Positions 29,427-38,999 of a stretch of 64,000 bases of DNA are shown in pieces. The notes beneath the pieces are model-generated. The model was not told the DNA's origin. It ran no database searches and saw nothing but the letters and a program-made list of their open reading frames with translations. The stretch is from a bacterium. Its GTDB lineage: Bacteria; Patescibacteriota; Minisyncoccia; Phycocordibacterales; SBAW01. Position 1 is the stretch's first letter. Every line of letters begins with the position of its first letter. The stretch is from assembly GCA_037139975.1 (NCBI GenBank), contig JBAXFJ010000001.1, forward strand, positions 171,017-235,016, written 5' to 3'. The position numbers were made by a program, and so were the translations under genes.

Positions 29427-30110
29427 ATGTCAAAAATCGTACACCCCTATGCATATCGACTCGGGATTCTGCGTGACTGGCGTCATCGCTGGTTTGCGGT
29501 GGCTCCAAAATACCAAGAATATTTGAAGGCTGATATCTTGCTGCGTGAATTTTTGCAAAAAGACCTCCGCCCCATGCACCTCGGTGGTATTGAGCTCGAG
29601 CGGGGTGAGAAAAACTTGCGCGTTATCATCAAGACCTCACGTCCCGGCCTCATCATTGGTCGTTCAGGTGAAGGCTCGGTCAAGCTCAAGAACAAAATCG
29701 TTGCATTTTTGAAGTCAAAAAAGCTCGAAGTTCCCGAAGTGAAGCTCGATATTGAAGAGATCCGCTCACCCGAGAGCAACGCTGCCATCGTAGCCTATAT
29801 GGTCGCCGAGGGGATGGAGAAGCGCATGCCGTTTCGCCGGGTTCTCAAACAGACTATCGAAAAGGTTATAGCAAATCGTGAAGTAAAAGGAGTACGCATC
29901 GCCGTCTCGGGCATGCTCGGTTCTGGCTCGATGTCGCGTAAAGAAGAACTCAAGAAAGGCCGTGTTCCACTTCAGACGCTGCGTTCGGACATTGACTACG
30001 CACGCGAACGGGCAAACCTGCCGCTCGGTGTTATCGGCATCAAGGTGTGGATCTACAAAGGTGAGGTCTTTGCTGAAAAAGCCGGGGGCAAGGACAAAAA
30101 AGACAAATAG
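29427..30110 (+). CDS. rpsC: 30S ribosomal protein S3
   Basis: 227 aa; KH domain GRSGEG motif. Confidence 0.95.
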   Translation: MSKIVHPYAYRLGILRDWRHRWFAVAPKYQEYLKADILLREFLQKDLRPMHLGGIELERGEKNLRVIIKTSRPGLIIGRSGEGSVKLKNKIVAFLKSKKLEVPEVKLDIEEIRSPESNAAIVAYMVAEGMEKRMPFRRVLKQTIEKVIANREVKGVRIAVSGMLGSGSMSRKEELKKGRVPLQTLRSDIDYARERANLPLGVIGIKVWIYKGEVFAEKAGGKDKKDK

Positions 30111-30133
30111 ACTTAGATTGCTGAAAAATTTTT

Positions 30134-30559
30134 ATGTTATTCCCAAAAAAAGTAAAATTTAGAAAGTCCCACACGATGCGGCGCAATCCAAAGCGCGACA
30201 TGATCGCTTCGCGCGGCGTTACGCTTGCGTTTGGTAGCCACGGTCTTAAGGCCACCACACATGCACGTGTGCGCAGCAACCAAATTGAGAGCGCGCGCAA
30301 AGTGATTGCTCGCTCGCTGGGCAAGGGTGGCAAGAGCTGGATCCGCATCTTTCCTGACAAGCCGTTTACCCAGAAGCCTGCTGAAGTAAAGCTCGGCAAA
30401 GGCAAGGGCGACCCGGTGGGATATGAGGTCGAGGTGTGGCCAGGCCGCATGTTGTTCGAGGTGGACGGCGTCGCCGACGCGCTTGCCCAAAAGACCTTGG
30501 TGAGCGCTGCAAAGAAGCTGCCACTCAAGGCAAAAGTTGTCTCACGTCACACCGCATAA
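30134..30559 (+). CDS. rplP: 50S ribosomal protein L16
   Basis: 141 aa. Confidence 0.95.
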   Translation: MLFPKKVKFRKSHTMRRNPKRDMIASRGVTLAFGSHGLKATTHARVRSNQIESARKVIARSLGKGGKSWIRIFPDKPFTQKPAEVKLGKGKGDPVGYEVEVWPGRMLFEVDGVADALAQKTLVSAAKKLPLKAKVVSRHTA

Positions 30560-30574
30560 GCCCTATATATTTTT

Positions 30575-30802
30575 ATGTCAAAGAAAAATTCACTCACAAA
30601 CCACTCTGCTGAAGATTTGCACCGCTTGGTCGCAGACAAGCGCGATGAGCTGCGCGACTTGCGTTTTGCGGCCGGAGGGAGTAAAAATCGCAATGTAAAG
30701 CTCATCTCGACCCTCCGCAAAACGGTTGCTCGGGCTCTGACTGAACAGCGTGCTCAAGAACTCGCAAGGTTAAACCTTGAGGGGGCGGGGGCTAAGGTTT
30801 AA
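30575..30802 (+). CDS. rpmC: 50S ribosomal protein L29
   Basis: 75 aa. Confidence 0.85.
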   Translation: MSKKNSLTNHSAEDLHRLVADKRDELRDLRFAAGGSKNRNVKLISTLRKTVARALTEQRAQELARLNLEGAGAKV

Positions 30803-30807
30803 CCTTG
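30765..30807. repeat. two adjacent shorter palindrome copies CAAGGTT-A-AACCTTG and TAAGGTT-T-AACCTTG at the rpmC 3' end
   Basis: Same AAGGTT.AACCTT core as the copies at 11335 and 57469. Confidence 0.6.
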
Positions 30808-31083
30808 ATGAATATATTTATGGAAAAAGCAGCAACAAAAGCCCCAATAGCAACAAAGAAGAAGACTCTCCGTGGTACGGTGGTGTCCGACAAAATGCAG
30901 GACACTGCGGTGGTGGCCGTGCTGCGCTACGTAAAGCATCCAAAGTACAAGAAGTACATGAAGATCACCAAGAAGTATCACGCCCACAACCCGGCTAACC
31001 GCGCAAAGACTGGTGAAGCGGTTACCATTCGTTCATGTCGCCCCCTTTCCAAGACCAAATCGTTCGAGATCGTATTTGCATAA
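30805..31083 (+). CDS. rpsQ: 30S ribosomal protein S17
   Basis: 92 aa; GTVVSDKMQKT motif. Confidence 0.9.
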   Translation: MMNIFMEKAATKAPIATKKKTLRGTVVSDKMQDTAVVAVLRYVKHPKYKKYMKITKKYHAHNPANRAKTGEAVTIRSCRPLSKTKSFEIVFA

Positions 31084-31093
31084 ATAAACCATT

Positions 31094-31474
31094 ATGATTC
31101 AAGACCGCTCACTCGTTGTTGTTGCAGATAATTCAGGCGCCAAAATTGGACGCGTGTTCAAGGTTCCTGGAAGCTCAAAGAAGCGTTACGCTGAAATCGG
31201 CGAGCTCGTTATCCTTTCCGTCCAGTCTGCAGAGCCACGCAAGGCAGTCAAAAAGAAAGACGTGCTCACTGCTGTGGTGGTGCGCCAGCGCAAGGCATTC
31301 AAGCGCAAAGATGGTTCATACATTCGTTTTGATGAAAACGCAGTCGTCATCCTCGACACCGGCGGCAAAGACAAAAAAGAGCCAAAAGCGGGTCGCATCT
31401 TTGGGCCAATTCCACGAGAGCTTGCAGACCTTGGCTACCAGACGCTCATTTCCCGTGCACCTGAAGTCGTGTAG
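31094..31474 (+). CDS. rplN: 50S ribosomal protein L14
   Basis: 126 aa; MIQ..S.L.VADNSGAK motif. Confidence 0.95.
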   Translation: MIQDRSLVVVADNSGAKIGRVFKVPGSSKKRYAEIGELVILSVQSAEPRKAVKKKDVLTAVVVRQRKAFKRKDGSYIRFDENAVVILDTGGKDKKEPKAGRIFGPIPRELADLGYQTLISRAPEVV

Positions 31475-31504
31475 GTCGGCAAAAGCAAAACAAAAGAAAC
31501 TTAT

Positions 31505-31822
31505 ATGAACACACTACACATCAAAAAAGGCGATACCGTGACAGTCCGCTCCGGCGTTGACAAAGGTAAGACAGGGAAGGTTTTAGGAGTTTTTCCAAAG
31601 ACCGGACTTGTCTTGGTTGAGGGCGTTGGTATGTACAAAAAGCACCAGAAGCCTCGCAAAGAAGGTCAAAAGGGCCAGATCGTTGAGAAGTACCACCCGA
31701 TTGCAGCAAGCAAGGTGACGCTCGCAGACAAGAAAGAAAAGAGTGGTAAAGCAAAACCCACAGCAGCAAAAACCACCAAGACAGCAACCAAAGCGCCTGC
31801 TAAAAAAGTAGCAGCTAAATAA
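31505..31822 (+). CDS. rplX: 50S ribosomal protein L24
   Basis: 105 aa; KGD.V.V.SG.DKGK motif. Confidence 0.9.
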   Translation: MNTLHIKKGDTVTVRSGVDKGKTGKVLGVFPKTGLVLVEGVGMYKKHQKPRKEGQKGQIVEKYHPIAASKVTLADKKEKSGKAKPTAAKTTKTATKAPAKKVAAK

Positions 31823-31827
31823 TCCGT

Positions 31828-32367
31828 ATGGCAAAACTTATACAAGAACAACAGAAAACAGCGTTCAGTACTCTCAAGGGCGACTTTGGGTGGAAGAATG
31901 TGATGCAAGTGCCAAAGATCGAGAAGGTAACCATCTCGGTGGGGGTGGGCAAGGTGGTGAAGGATAAACAAAAGACTGCGCTCATTGCTGACAGGCTTGC
32001 TAAAATCACAGGACAGAAAGCCGCAAAACGCGGTGCCAAAAAGGCCATCGCGACCTACAAGACCCGTGTGGGCGACCATATCGGCTACCAGGTCACCTTG
32101 CGCGGCGCTCGTGCGCTCGACTTCATCAATCGCTTAGTGCACATCGCACTTCCTCGCACCAAAGACTTTAAGGGTATTCCTTCGGGCTCGGTGGACGATA
32201 TGGGTAACTACACGCTTGGTATCCGCGAGCACATCGTCTTTCCTGAGACCGCTGAAGAAGAACTCAAAGACGTCTTTGGTATGGCCATCACCGTCGGCAC
32301 CTCTGCCAAAAACAAAAAAGAAGCGCACGCATATCTCGCGCACTTGGGCTTCCCGTTCAAAAAGTAG
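31828..32367 (+). CDS. rplE: 50S ribosomal protein L5
   Basis: 179 aa. Confidence 0.95.
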   Translation: MAKLIQEQQKTAFSTLKGDFGWKNVMQVPKIEKVTISVGVGKVVKDKQKTALIADRLAKITGQKAAKRGAKKAIATYKTRVGDHIGYQVTLRGARALDFINRLVHIALPRTKDFKGIPSGSVDDMGNYTLGIREHIVFPETAEEELKDVFGMAITVGTSAKNKKEAHAYLAHLGFPFKK

Positions 32368-32447
32368 GGTTAGTTTGACTTCTTTAGCTCAATCGCGTAT
32401 ATTTTGAGGGCCCAAACAAGGGCACTTTTCTTTAGGAAACAAGCAGT

Positions 32448-32633
32448 ATGGCAAAAACATCAACCGTAGCACGATCGAATAAACCCCCAAAGTTTGCTTC
32501 AAGGGTTGTTCGCCGTTGCTTCCGTTGTGGCCGCAAGCGCGCGTTCATGCGCGACTTCGGGATGTGCCGCTTGTGCTTCCGCGAGGCCGCAAACGAAGGC
32601 TTGATCCCCGGCATCAAGAAGTCATCCTGGTAA
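32448..32633 (+). CDS. rpsZ: 30S ribosomal protein S14 type Z (zinc-binding)
   Basis: 61 aa; [10 protein letters not shown]...CRLCFRE C4 motif. Confidence 0.9.
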   Translation: MAKTSTVARSNKPPKFASRVVRRCFRCGRKRAFMRDFGMCRLCFREAANEGLIPGIKKSSW

Positions 32634-32643
32634 TACAAAATAT

Positions 32644-33033
32644 ATGGTAACCGACCCAATTTCAGATTTCATAATCCGCCTGCAGAATGCGTCACGCACG
32701 AACAAAGAAAGCGTGTCTTTGCCATTTTCAAAAATGAAGCTCGCCATTGCCGAGGTGCTTAAGCGCGAAGGATACCTTTCTGATGTTGAAGGTAAGTCAA
32801 AAACAGGCAACACACTCTCCGTTGGTCTCAAATACAAAAACGGCAAGCCAGTCATCACCGGCGTTAAGCGCATCTCGAAGCCTTCGCGCCGCATGTATAT
32901 GGGGGTCAAAGAGCTGCGCCCGGTCAAGCGCGGTTATGGGCTCCTCGTGCTTTCAACCCCTGCGGGTGTCGTTACGGGTAAGCAAGCGCGTGAACAAAAG
33001 GTCGGCGGCGAAGCTCTGTTTGAAATTTGGTAA
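32644..33033 (+). CDS. rpsH: 30S ribosomal protein S8
   Basis: 129 aa; MVTDPISDFIIRLQNA motif. Confidence 0.95.
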   Translation: MVTDPISDFIIRLQNASRTNKESVSLPFSKMKLAIAEVLKREGYLSDVEGKSKTGNTLSVGLKYKNGKPVITGVKRISKPSRRMYMGVKELRPVKRGYGLLVLSTPAGVVTGKQAREQKVGGEALFEIW

Positions 33034-33039
33034 ACATAT

Positions 33040-33573
33040 ATGTCACGACTTGCAAAACGCCCTATCGCGATTCCAAAACAAGCTGAAATTACAGTTTCAG
33101 CGGATACTATTTCTGTCAAAGGCCCAAAAGGTACGCTGGTGAAGCCTGCGCACCGACTCATCTCGGTTGAAGTGCTCCCCGACGGTGTCCAGGTGGCACA
33201 GAAAACACAGTCGCGCGAGGCGCAGGCGCTCGTGGGCACCTACGCCTCACACATGCGCAACATGATGCACGGTGTGACTACGGGCTTTAGCAAAAAGCTG
33301 CTTGTCGAAGGTGTTGGTTTCAAGTGGGAGGTTGCGGGCAATTCGCTCAACATGGCGCTTGGTTTTTCACACCCAGTTAAAATGATCATCCCTCAAGGAC
33401 TCACGGTGGTTGCTGAGCGCGGCACACTCACCATCTCGGGTTTCGATAAGGAAGCAATCGGACAATTTGCGGCAAACGTGCGCGCGTTCAAGAAGCCTGA
33501 GCCATACAAAGGTAAAGGTATCCGTTATGAAGGCGAGGTGGTTCGTCGCAAGCAGGGTAAGAAATCTGCCTAG
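33040..33573 (+). CDS. rplF: 50S ribosomal protein L6
   Basis: 177 aa. Confidence 0.95.
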   Translation: MSRLAKRPIAIPKQAEITVSADTISVKGPKGTLVKPAHRLISVEVLPDGVQVAQKTQSREAQALVGTYASHMRNMMHGVTTGFSKKLLVEGVGFKWEVAGNSLNMALGFSHPVKMIIPQGLTVVAERGTLTISGFDKEAIGQFAANVRAFKKPEPYKGKGIRYEGEVVRRKQGKKSA

Positions 33574-33593
33574 TGTGAGATTTTGAAACAGAT

Positions 33594-33962
33594 ATGAATA
33601 AGCAAATTGCAAAACAAGAAGGAAAAGAACGTCGCCACAACCGTGTGCGTGCTAAGGTTGTGGGTACCACTGCGCGCCCTCGTCTCGCGGTCTACAAGTC
33701 CAACCGCTACCTGCACGCACAGATCATCGACGACATGGTGGGGAAGACCCTTGTTGCGGGCACCACGCAACCTGCAAAAAAAATAGCTGCAGCAAAAAAA
33801 CTTAAAAAAAGTGAAGCTGCTGACAAACTTGGGGAGAGTCTTGCAAAACAGGCTATCGCTTTGGGTATTACTGCAGTAGTATTCGACCGAGGCGGCTTTC
33901 GCTACACGGGCCGCGTGGCTCAGTTGGCAGAAAGCGCACGGAAAGGGGGTCTCACGTTTTAA
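33594..33962 (+). CDS. rplR: 50S ribosomal protein L18
   Basis: 122 aa. Confidence 0.9.
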   Translation: MNKQIAKQEGKERRHNRVRAKVVGTTARPRLAVYKSNRYLHAQIIDDMVGKTLVAGTTQPAKKIAAAKKLKKSEAADKLGESLAKQAIALGITAVVFDRGGFRYTGRVAQLAESARKGGLTF

Positions 33963-33970
33963 TATACTAT

Positions 33971-34582
33971 ATGGCTGAAACAGAAACAGAAAACATCATA
34001 CCCGAAGTAGTTGTATCCAACGCAGCAGCTCCAGAAGTCGCCGCTCCGGCGGCTCGTGGTGCACGCAATGACCGCCGCGGCGGCCCGGGTGCACGAGGGG
34101 GTACGGGGGGGCGTCCAGGTGGTCGTGGTGGCCCACGCCCACCCCGCGCTCGCAGTGAGTTTGACCAGCGCATGATTACTATTCGCCGCGTGTCTCGTGT
34201 GGTTGCCGGGGGTCGTCGCTTCTCGTTCAGCGTTGCGCTCATTATCGGCAACAAAAAGGGCAAGGTCGGTGTGGGTCTCGGTAAGGCAGGGGACACAACT
34301 CTTGCTATCGACAAAGCAGTTCGTGACGCAAAGAAGCACATGATCATACTCAACCTCACCAAGGACAGTTCTATCAAGCACGAGGTTGCAGCCAAGTATT
34401 GTGCAGCGCGTGTGTCTTTGACCCCTGCGCACGGTCGTGGATTGGTGGCTGGTTCGTCGGTGCGTCCCGTGCTCGAACTTGCGGGTGTGACCAATATAGT
34501 CGCTAAGGTGCGCTCAGGCAGCAAAAACGGCCTGAACAACGCACGCGCTGCTATCGAGGCGCTCAAACTGCTCAAAGCCTAA
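33971..34582 (+). CDS. rpsE: 30S ribosomal protein S5 with Gly/Arg-rich N-terminal extension
   Basis: 203 aa; RRFSFSVALIIGNKKGKVGVGLGKA motif. No rpmD (L30) follows. Confidence 0.9.
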   Translation: MAETETENIIPEVVVSNAAAPEVAAPAARGARNDRRGGPGARGGTGGRPGGRGGPRPPRARSEFDQRMITIRRVSRVVAGGRRFSFSVALIIGNKKGKVGVGLGKAGDTTLAIDKAVRDAKKHMIILNLTKDSSIKHEVAAKYCAARVSLTPAHGRGLVAGSSVRPVLELAGVTNIVAKVRSGSKNGLNNARAAIEALKLLKA

Positions 34583-34619
34583 AGAACATAGAAATTAATT
34601 TCTATACATAAAAAAGTGT

Positions 34620-35066
34620 ATGCAACTCAACGAACTCAAACGAAAAACAGAAAATAAAGACGAAAAGCGCGTTGGTCGTGGTGGTATTCGCGGCAAGACC
34701 TCTGGTCGTGGCACCAAGGGTCAAAAAGCCCGCTCGGGTCACCGCATCCGTCCCGACATCCGCGAACAGCTTAAAAAGATTCCTAAGTTGCGCGGTCGCG
34801 GTGTACATGGTTTGCGCACCATTCAGACAAAGCCTTTGGTGCTTAATGTTTCGTCCCTTGAGACCCTCTTTGCTGCGGGGGACACGGTGACTCCGCAGAC
34901 GCTCATCGAACGTGGTATTTTGCATGTTAAAAAAGGCACCGCCCTACCAAAGGTAAAAATTCTCGGCACGGGCGAGATAGTTAAGAAAATCTCTATTTCT
35001 GGCTGTATGGTCTCAAAAAGTGCGCAAGAAAAGGTAGAAAAGGCTGGCGGCTCCGTACAGAAGTAA
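34620..35066 (+). CDS. rplO: 50S ribosomal protein L15
   Basis: 148 aa; starts 38 nt after rpsE, so there is no room for L30. Confidence 0.9.
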   Translation: MQLNELKRKTENKDEKRVGRGGIRGKTSGRGTKGQKARSGHRIRPDIREQLKKIPKLRGRGVHGLRTIQTKPLVLNVSSLETLFAAGDTVTPQTLIERGILHVKKGTALPKVKILGTGEIVKKISISGCMVSKSAQEKVEKAGGSVQK

Positions 35067-35081
35067 TTTCTGGTATAGTGA

Positions 35082-36374
35082 GTGGGCAAAAGGAAGCAAA
35101 CGATGGACACATTTACTCAAAAAATAGCACTTCTTTTTGGGGATAGAACGCTCCGCAACCGCATGTTCTTCGTGCTCGGCGCTCTTGCAGTGTTTCGTAT
35201 GCTTGCTTCGATCCCAGTCCCTGGGATTAACGCGACCCAGCTCCAACTCTTTTTCAATAATAACCAATTCTTTGGCCTACTGAACCTCTTTTCAGGTGGT
35301 GGGCTTTCAAACCTTTCTATCATGCTTTTGGGTGTTGGGCCCTACATTACCGCGTCTATAATCCTGCAGCTTCTCACGATGATGGTGCCAAGCCTTAAGG
35401 CGCTCTACCAAGAAGAAGGTGAAGCAGGCCGTGCGCGTTTCAGCCAGTACACACGCTTTCTAACGCTTCCGGTTGCTGTTGTGCAGGGTATTAGCTTCTT
35501 GCTGATACTTGAGCGCAGCGGTGTTTTGCCCGGCCTGTCGCCATTCCAATTTGCCGTCAACCTGCTTGCTATTGTTGCGGGATCGTTGCTGTTGATGTGG
35601 ATCGGTGAACTCATCTCAGAATTTGGCCTTGGCAACGGCGTTTCAGTACTCATCTTTGCAGGTATTGTGGCACGTCTCCCGCGCGACCTCAGTCAAGCAT
35701 TGTTTTCATTCACTTCAAGTCAGATTCCAACCTACCTGGCTTTTTTGGCTGCGGCAGTTGCCATTGTTATGGCCGTTGTGGTGGTGACTGAGGCCGAGCG
35801 CCCCGTGCCGGTGACCTATGCGAAGCGCGTTCGGGGCAGTAAGTTTTTTGGTGGTTCGTCGACCTACCTTCCGCTACGCCTCAACCAAGCAGGTGTGATC
35901 CCCATCATCTTTGCACTTTCATTGCTACTCATCCCACAAATGGCTGCAACGTTTTTTTCAACATCACACAATGTTCTGGTGTCGCGCGCGGCATTCAGCG
36001 TGCTGCATGTGCTGCAAAACCTAGGCGTCTATGGCACCATCTACTTTGCACTCGTGTTCCTCTTTACATACTTTTACACTGCAGTAACATTTGACCCACA
36101 CCAAATCGCTGAGAACTTGCAGAAAAACGGTGCGTTCATTCCTGGCGTGCGTCCTGGTCCTTCGACCGTTGAGTACTTGTCCAATGTCATCACGCGCATT
36201 ACGTTTGTGGGTGCTCTCTTCTTGGGTGTTGTGGCTGTCTTGCCAATCGCGATGCAGTCGCTCACGGGCATTGCCACACTCACACTTGGCGGCACCGCTC
36301 TGCTCATCGTCGTTTCGGTCATCCTCGACCTTGCCCGCCGCATTGACGCGCAAATATCTTTGCGAGAATATTAA
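35082..36374 (+). CDS. secY: preprotein translocase subunit SecY
   Basis: 430 aa; 10 TM segments and conserved SecY plug/TM2-TM7 regions. Confidence 0.95.
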   Translation: MGKRKQTMDTFTQKIALLFGDRTLRNRMFFVLGALAVFRMLASIPVPGINATQLQLFFNNNQFFGLLNLFSGGGLSNLSIMLLGVGPYITASIILQLLTMMVPSLKALYQEEGEAGRARFSQYTRFLTLPVAVVQGISFLLILERSGVLPGLSPFQFAVNLLAIVAGSLLLMWIGELISEFGLGNGVSVLIFAGIVARLPRDLSQALFSFTSSQIPTYLAFLAAAVAIVMAVVVVTEAERPVPVTYAKRVRGSKFFGGSSTYLPLRLNQAGVIPIIFALSLLLIPQMAATFFSTSHNVLVSRAAFSVLHVLQNLGVYGTIYFALVFLFTYFYTAVTFDPHQIAENLQKNGAFIPGVRPGPSTVEYLSNVITRITFVGALFLGVVAVLPIAMQSLTGIATLTLGGTALLIVVSVILDLARRIDAQISLREY

Positions 36375-36379
36375 TACTC

Positions 36380-36949
36380 ATGGAAGCAAACACCTTTGTC
36401 ATCATGGGTCGGCCGGGTTCTGGCAAGGGTACACAAGCAAAGCTCTTGGCTGAGCGTTTTACCTGCGCCGTAGCATCTCTGGGCACTGAGTTTCGACATA
36501 TGATGGCGAGCGACACCGTTGCCGGGCTGCATCTCACCGCAGGGCTCAATGCGGGAGAGCTTGCGCCGACTTGGTTGGCAAATTATCTAAGCACAAAAGC
36601 ACTTGTTGCACTCGGTGCAGGAGAAAAAATAGTCTTCGATAGTGGCTGTCGGTTTCTTACTGAAGCAGTGCTTTTTGACGAAATAACCACATGGCTTGGG
36701 CGAGACTACCTAGTGCTCTATGTTGATGTGGCTGAAGAGGAGATACGTCGCCGTGTTGCAAAACGAGGTGTAATAGAAGGGAGGTTAGACGACTCGGACA
36801 GCGCGCTCGATAAGCGGATTGAAGAATTTAACACAAAGACGTTACCGGCAATAAACTATTTTCGATCAAAAGGAAAGCTTCTTACTGTCGACGGCGCGCA
36901 AATGGTTGAAGAAGTCTACAAAAGCATCCTAAATGTTATTGGGGTATAA
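36380..36949 (+). CDS. adk: adenylate kinase (short-lid type), copy 1
   Basis: 189 aa; P-loop GRPGSGKGTQ, an FDSGCRF NMP-site analogue and RLDDSD short lid. Confidence 0.8.
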   Translation: MEANTFVIMGRPGSGKGTQAKLLAERFTCAVASLGTEFRHMMASDTVAGLHLTAGLNAGELAPTWLANYLSTKALVALGAGEKIVFDSGCRFLTEAVLFDEITTWLGRDYLVLYVDVAEEEIRRRVAKRGVIEGRLDDSDSALDKRIEEFNTKTLPAINYFRSKGKLLTVDGAQMVEEVYKSILNVIGV

Positions 36950-37547
36950 TACTGCTGTGGAAGAACTAACCGTCATATTTTTGGGCCCACAAGGGAGCGG
37001 CAAGGGCACCCAAGTGGCTCTTTTGAAGGAGTATATCGCCAAGAACAATAGCCGCTCGATTGTCTACTTTACCGCTGGCACTAACCTGCGCGCATTTGCC
37101 ACTAACGAAGGCTACACACAAGAAAAGATCCGCCCACTCATTTCAGCGGGCAAGCTCATTCCCACGTTCATAACCACAGAACTCTTTTCTTCACGCCTCA
37201 TTGGCAGCATGCACGGCAACGAGCACATAATCTTGGACGGGTTTCCGCGCACCATCGACCAAACACCAACTCTGGACACTGCGCTGCAGTTTTATGGGCG
37301 AAAAAATGTGACCGTGCTTTCGTTCACGCTTTCTGATGCTGTGGCGCGCGAGCGCCTCTCAAAGCGCGACCGCGGAGATGATACTGAAGAGGGAATCGAA
37401 GAGCGACTCCGCTGGTCGCACCAAGAAGGCGCGCTGGTGAGCGAGTGGTTCAAAGCAAATTCTTTTTATAGATACATCGAGATCAACGGCGAAGGTCCCG
37501 TTGAAGAAGTGCATCGCAACGTGCTCACCGTGCTCGGTTTTTCTTAA
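36933..37547 (+). CDS. adenylate/nucleoside-monophosphate kinase paralog, copy 2
   Basis: 204 aa; P-loop GPQGSGKGTQ, LDGFPRTIDQ and RGDDTEEGIEERL. Overlaps copy 1 by 17 nt; the true start may be internal. Confidence 0.7.
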   Translation: MLLGYNTAVEELTVIFLGPQGSGKGTQVALLKEYIAKNNSRSIVYFTAGTNLRAFATNEGYTQEKIRPLISAGKLIPTFITTELFSSRLIGSMHGNEHIILDGFPRTIDQTPTLDTALQFYGRKNVTVLSFTLSDAVARERLSKRDRGDDTEEGIEERLRWSHQEGALVSEWFKANSFYRYIEINGEGPVEEVHRNVLTVLGFS

Positions 37548-37573
37548 ACGCATATCGTTTTTATTTCTACAAA

Positions 37574-38341
37574 ATGATAGCAAAAAAAGAAAGCGATATA
37601 CAAAATTTGCGCACCGGGGGCAAGATTCTCTCAGAGGTGTTGCGAGAGCTTGCAGACAAGGCAAAAGCTGGAGTGACGACCGCGGCGCTCGACCTTGCTG
37701 CCGAGCAGCTCATCCGTCGCGCCGGGGCTGTGCCGGCATTCCTTAACTACAAACCACAGGGCGCAAGCTATCCATTTCCCGCAGCCCTCTGCGCCTCAAT
37801 CAACGACGAAGTAGTGCATGGTATCCCGAGCGAAGAGCGCGTGCTTGAGGCGGGCGACATTGTCACGCTTGACCTCGGGCTCTCGTTTGGGGGCATGTTT
37901 GTTGATTCAGCAGTCTCTGTCTGTGTGGGTGGTGGGGGTGACGCAGGGGCACAAAAGTTGCTTACTGCAACGCGTGAGGCGCTCACAGTGGGTATTGCGG
38001 CCACACAGGCGGGTGGGCATGTGGGCGACATTGGTGCGGCGGTTGCTGCGGTAGCAAAAAAGTATGGGCTGTCGGTCGTCGCTGAGCTTGGTGGCCACGC
38101 GCTGGGCAAAAAACCCCACGAGCAGCCTTTTATTGCAAACATTGGGCGCGTGGGCGAAGGTGAAAAAATTGTTGAGGGAATGGTCTTGGCGCTGGAACCG
38201 ATCTTTACCGAAGGGAAGGGGACCATTGACCTCGCAAGCGACCAATGGACTTACGTCACGCGCGATGGTTCACGCGCTGCACATTTTGAACAAACAATTT
38301 TGGTCACCAAAGATGGGGCGGAAATAGTAACCCCGTTTTAA
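37574..38341 (+). CDS. map: methionine aminopeptidase type I
   Basis: 255 aa; metal ligands in DIVTLDLG..., GHALG and LEPIFTEG. Confidence 0.9.
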   Translation: MIAKKESDIQNLRTGGKILSEVLRELADKAKAGVTTAALDLAAEQLIRRAGAVPAFLNYKPQGASYPFPAALCASINDEVVHGIPSEERVLEAGDIVTLDLGLSFGGMFVDSAVSVCVGGGGDAGAQKLLTATREALTVGIAATQAGGHVGDIGAAVAAVAKKYGLSVVAELGGHALGKKPHEQPFIANIGRVGEGEKIVEGMVLALEPIFTEGKGTIDLASDQWTYVTRDGSRAAHFEQTILVTKDGAEIVTPF

Positions 38342-38380
38342 AAGAAGGACAGAGGGTGGGTTGCATTCTTTCTATAGATA

Positions 38381-38989
38381 TTGTACAGTAGCGTCATGAA
38401 AAACCCGAAAGAGGAGCAAACGTTTATGCTCATTAAGCCTGACGGAGTGCAAAAAGGCCTTATTGGCGAGATTATTAAGCGCCTTGAACAGCGTGATTTA
38501 AAGGTGGTAGCACTCGAAATGTTCCACGCTTCAAAAAAGGAGATAGATACTCATTACCCTCACGACGAAAAGTGGATTCGCCGTCTCGGCGAGAAGACGC
38601 TCTCGACCTACCAAAAAGCAGGTCTCGACATCAAAGACGTAAAGAAAGATTTTAATACCACCGATTTACTTAAGGTGGGGAAGGTGGTGCGCGGATGGTT
38701 GGTTGATTTTATGTCATCCTCGCCGATGGTTAAAATGGTAGTCGAAGGGGTGCATGCCGTCGAGATGGTGCGCAAAATTGGCGGCCCAACGATGCCGTAC
38801 TTGGCCGAGATGGGGACCATTCGCGGCGACTACTCGGCCGACTCGGCGCTCTCGGCCAACATGGAGCGCCGCGCGGTCTATAACCTGGTGCACGCCTCTG
38901 AGACTCCTGAAGAAGCGAAACACGAGATCAATCACTGGTTCGGCAAAAAAACAATCTTTAAGTACAAGCGTTTTGGGGTCGATAGGTAG
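38381..38989 (+). CDS. ndk: nucleoside diphosphate kinase with ~50-aa insertion
   Basis: 202 aa; FMLIKPDGVQKGLIGEIIKRLE N-terminus and HASETPEEAKHEINHWF C-terminus. Catalytic His context N-L-V-H-A-S. Confidence 0.75.
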   Translation: MYSSVMKNPKEEQTFMLIKPDGVQKGLIGEIIKRLEQRDLKVVALEMFHASKKEIDTHYPHDEKWIRRLGEKTLSTYQKAGLDIKDVKKDFNTTDLLKVGKVVRGWLVDFMSSSPMVKMVVEGVHAVEMVRKIGGPTMPYLAEMGTIRGDYSADSALSANMERRAVYNLVHASETPEEAKHEINHWFGKKTIFKYKRFGVDR

Positions 38990-38999
38990 GAGTAACAGA

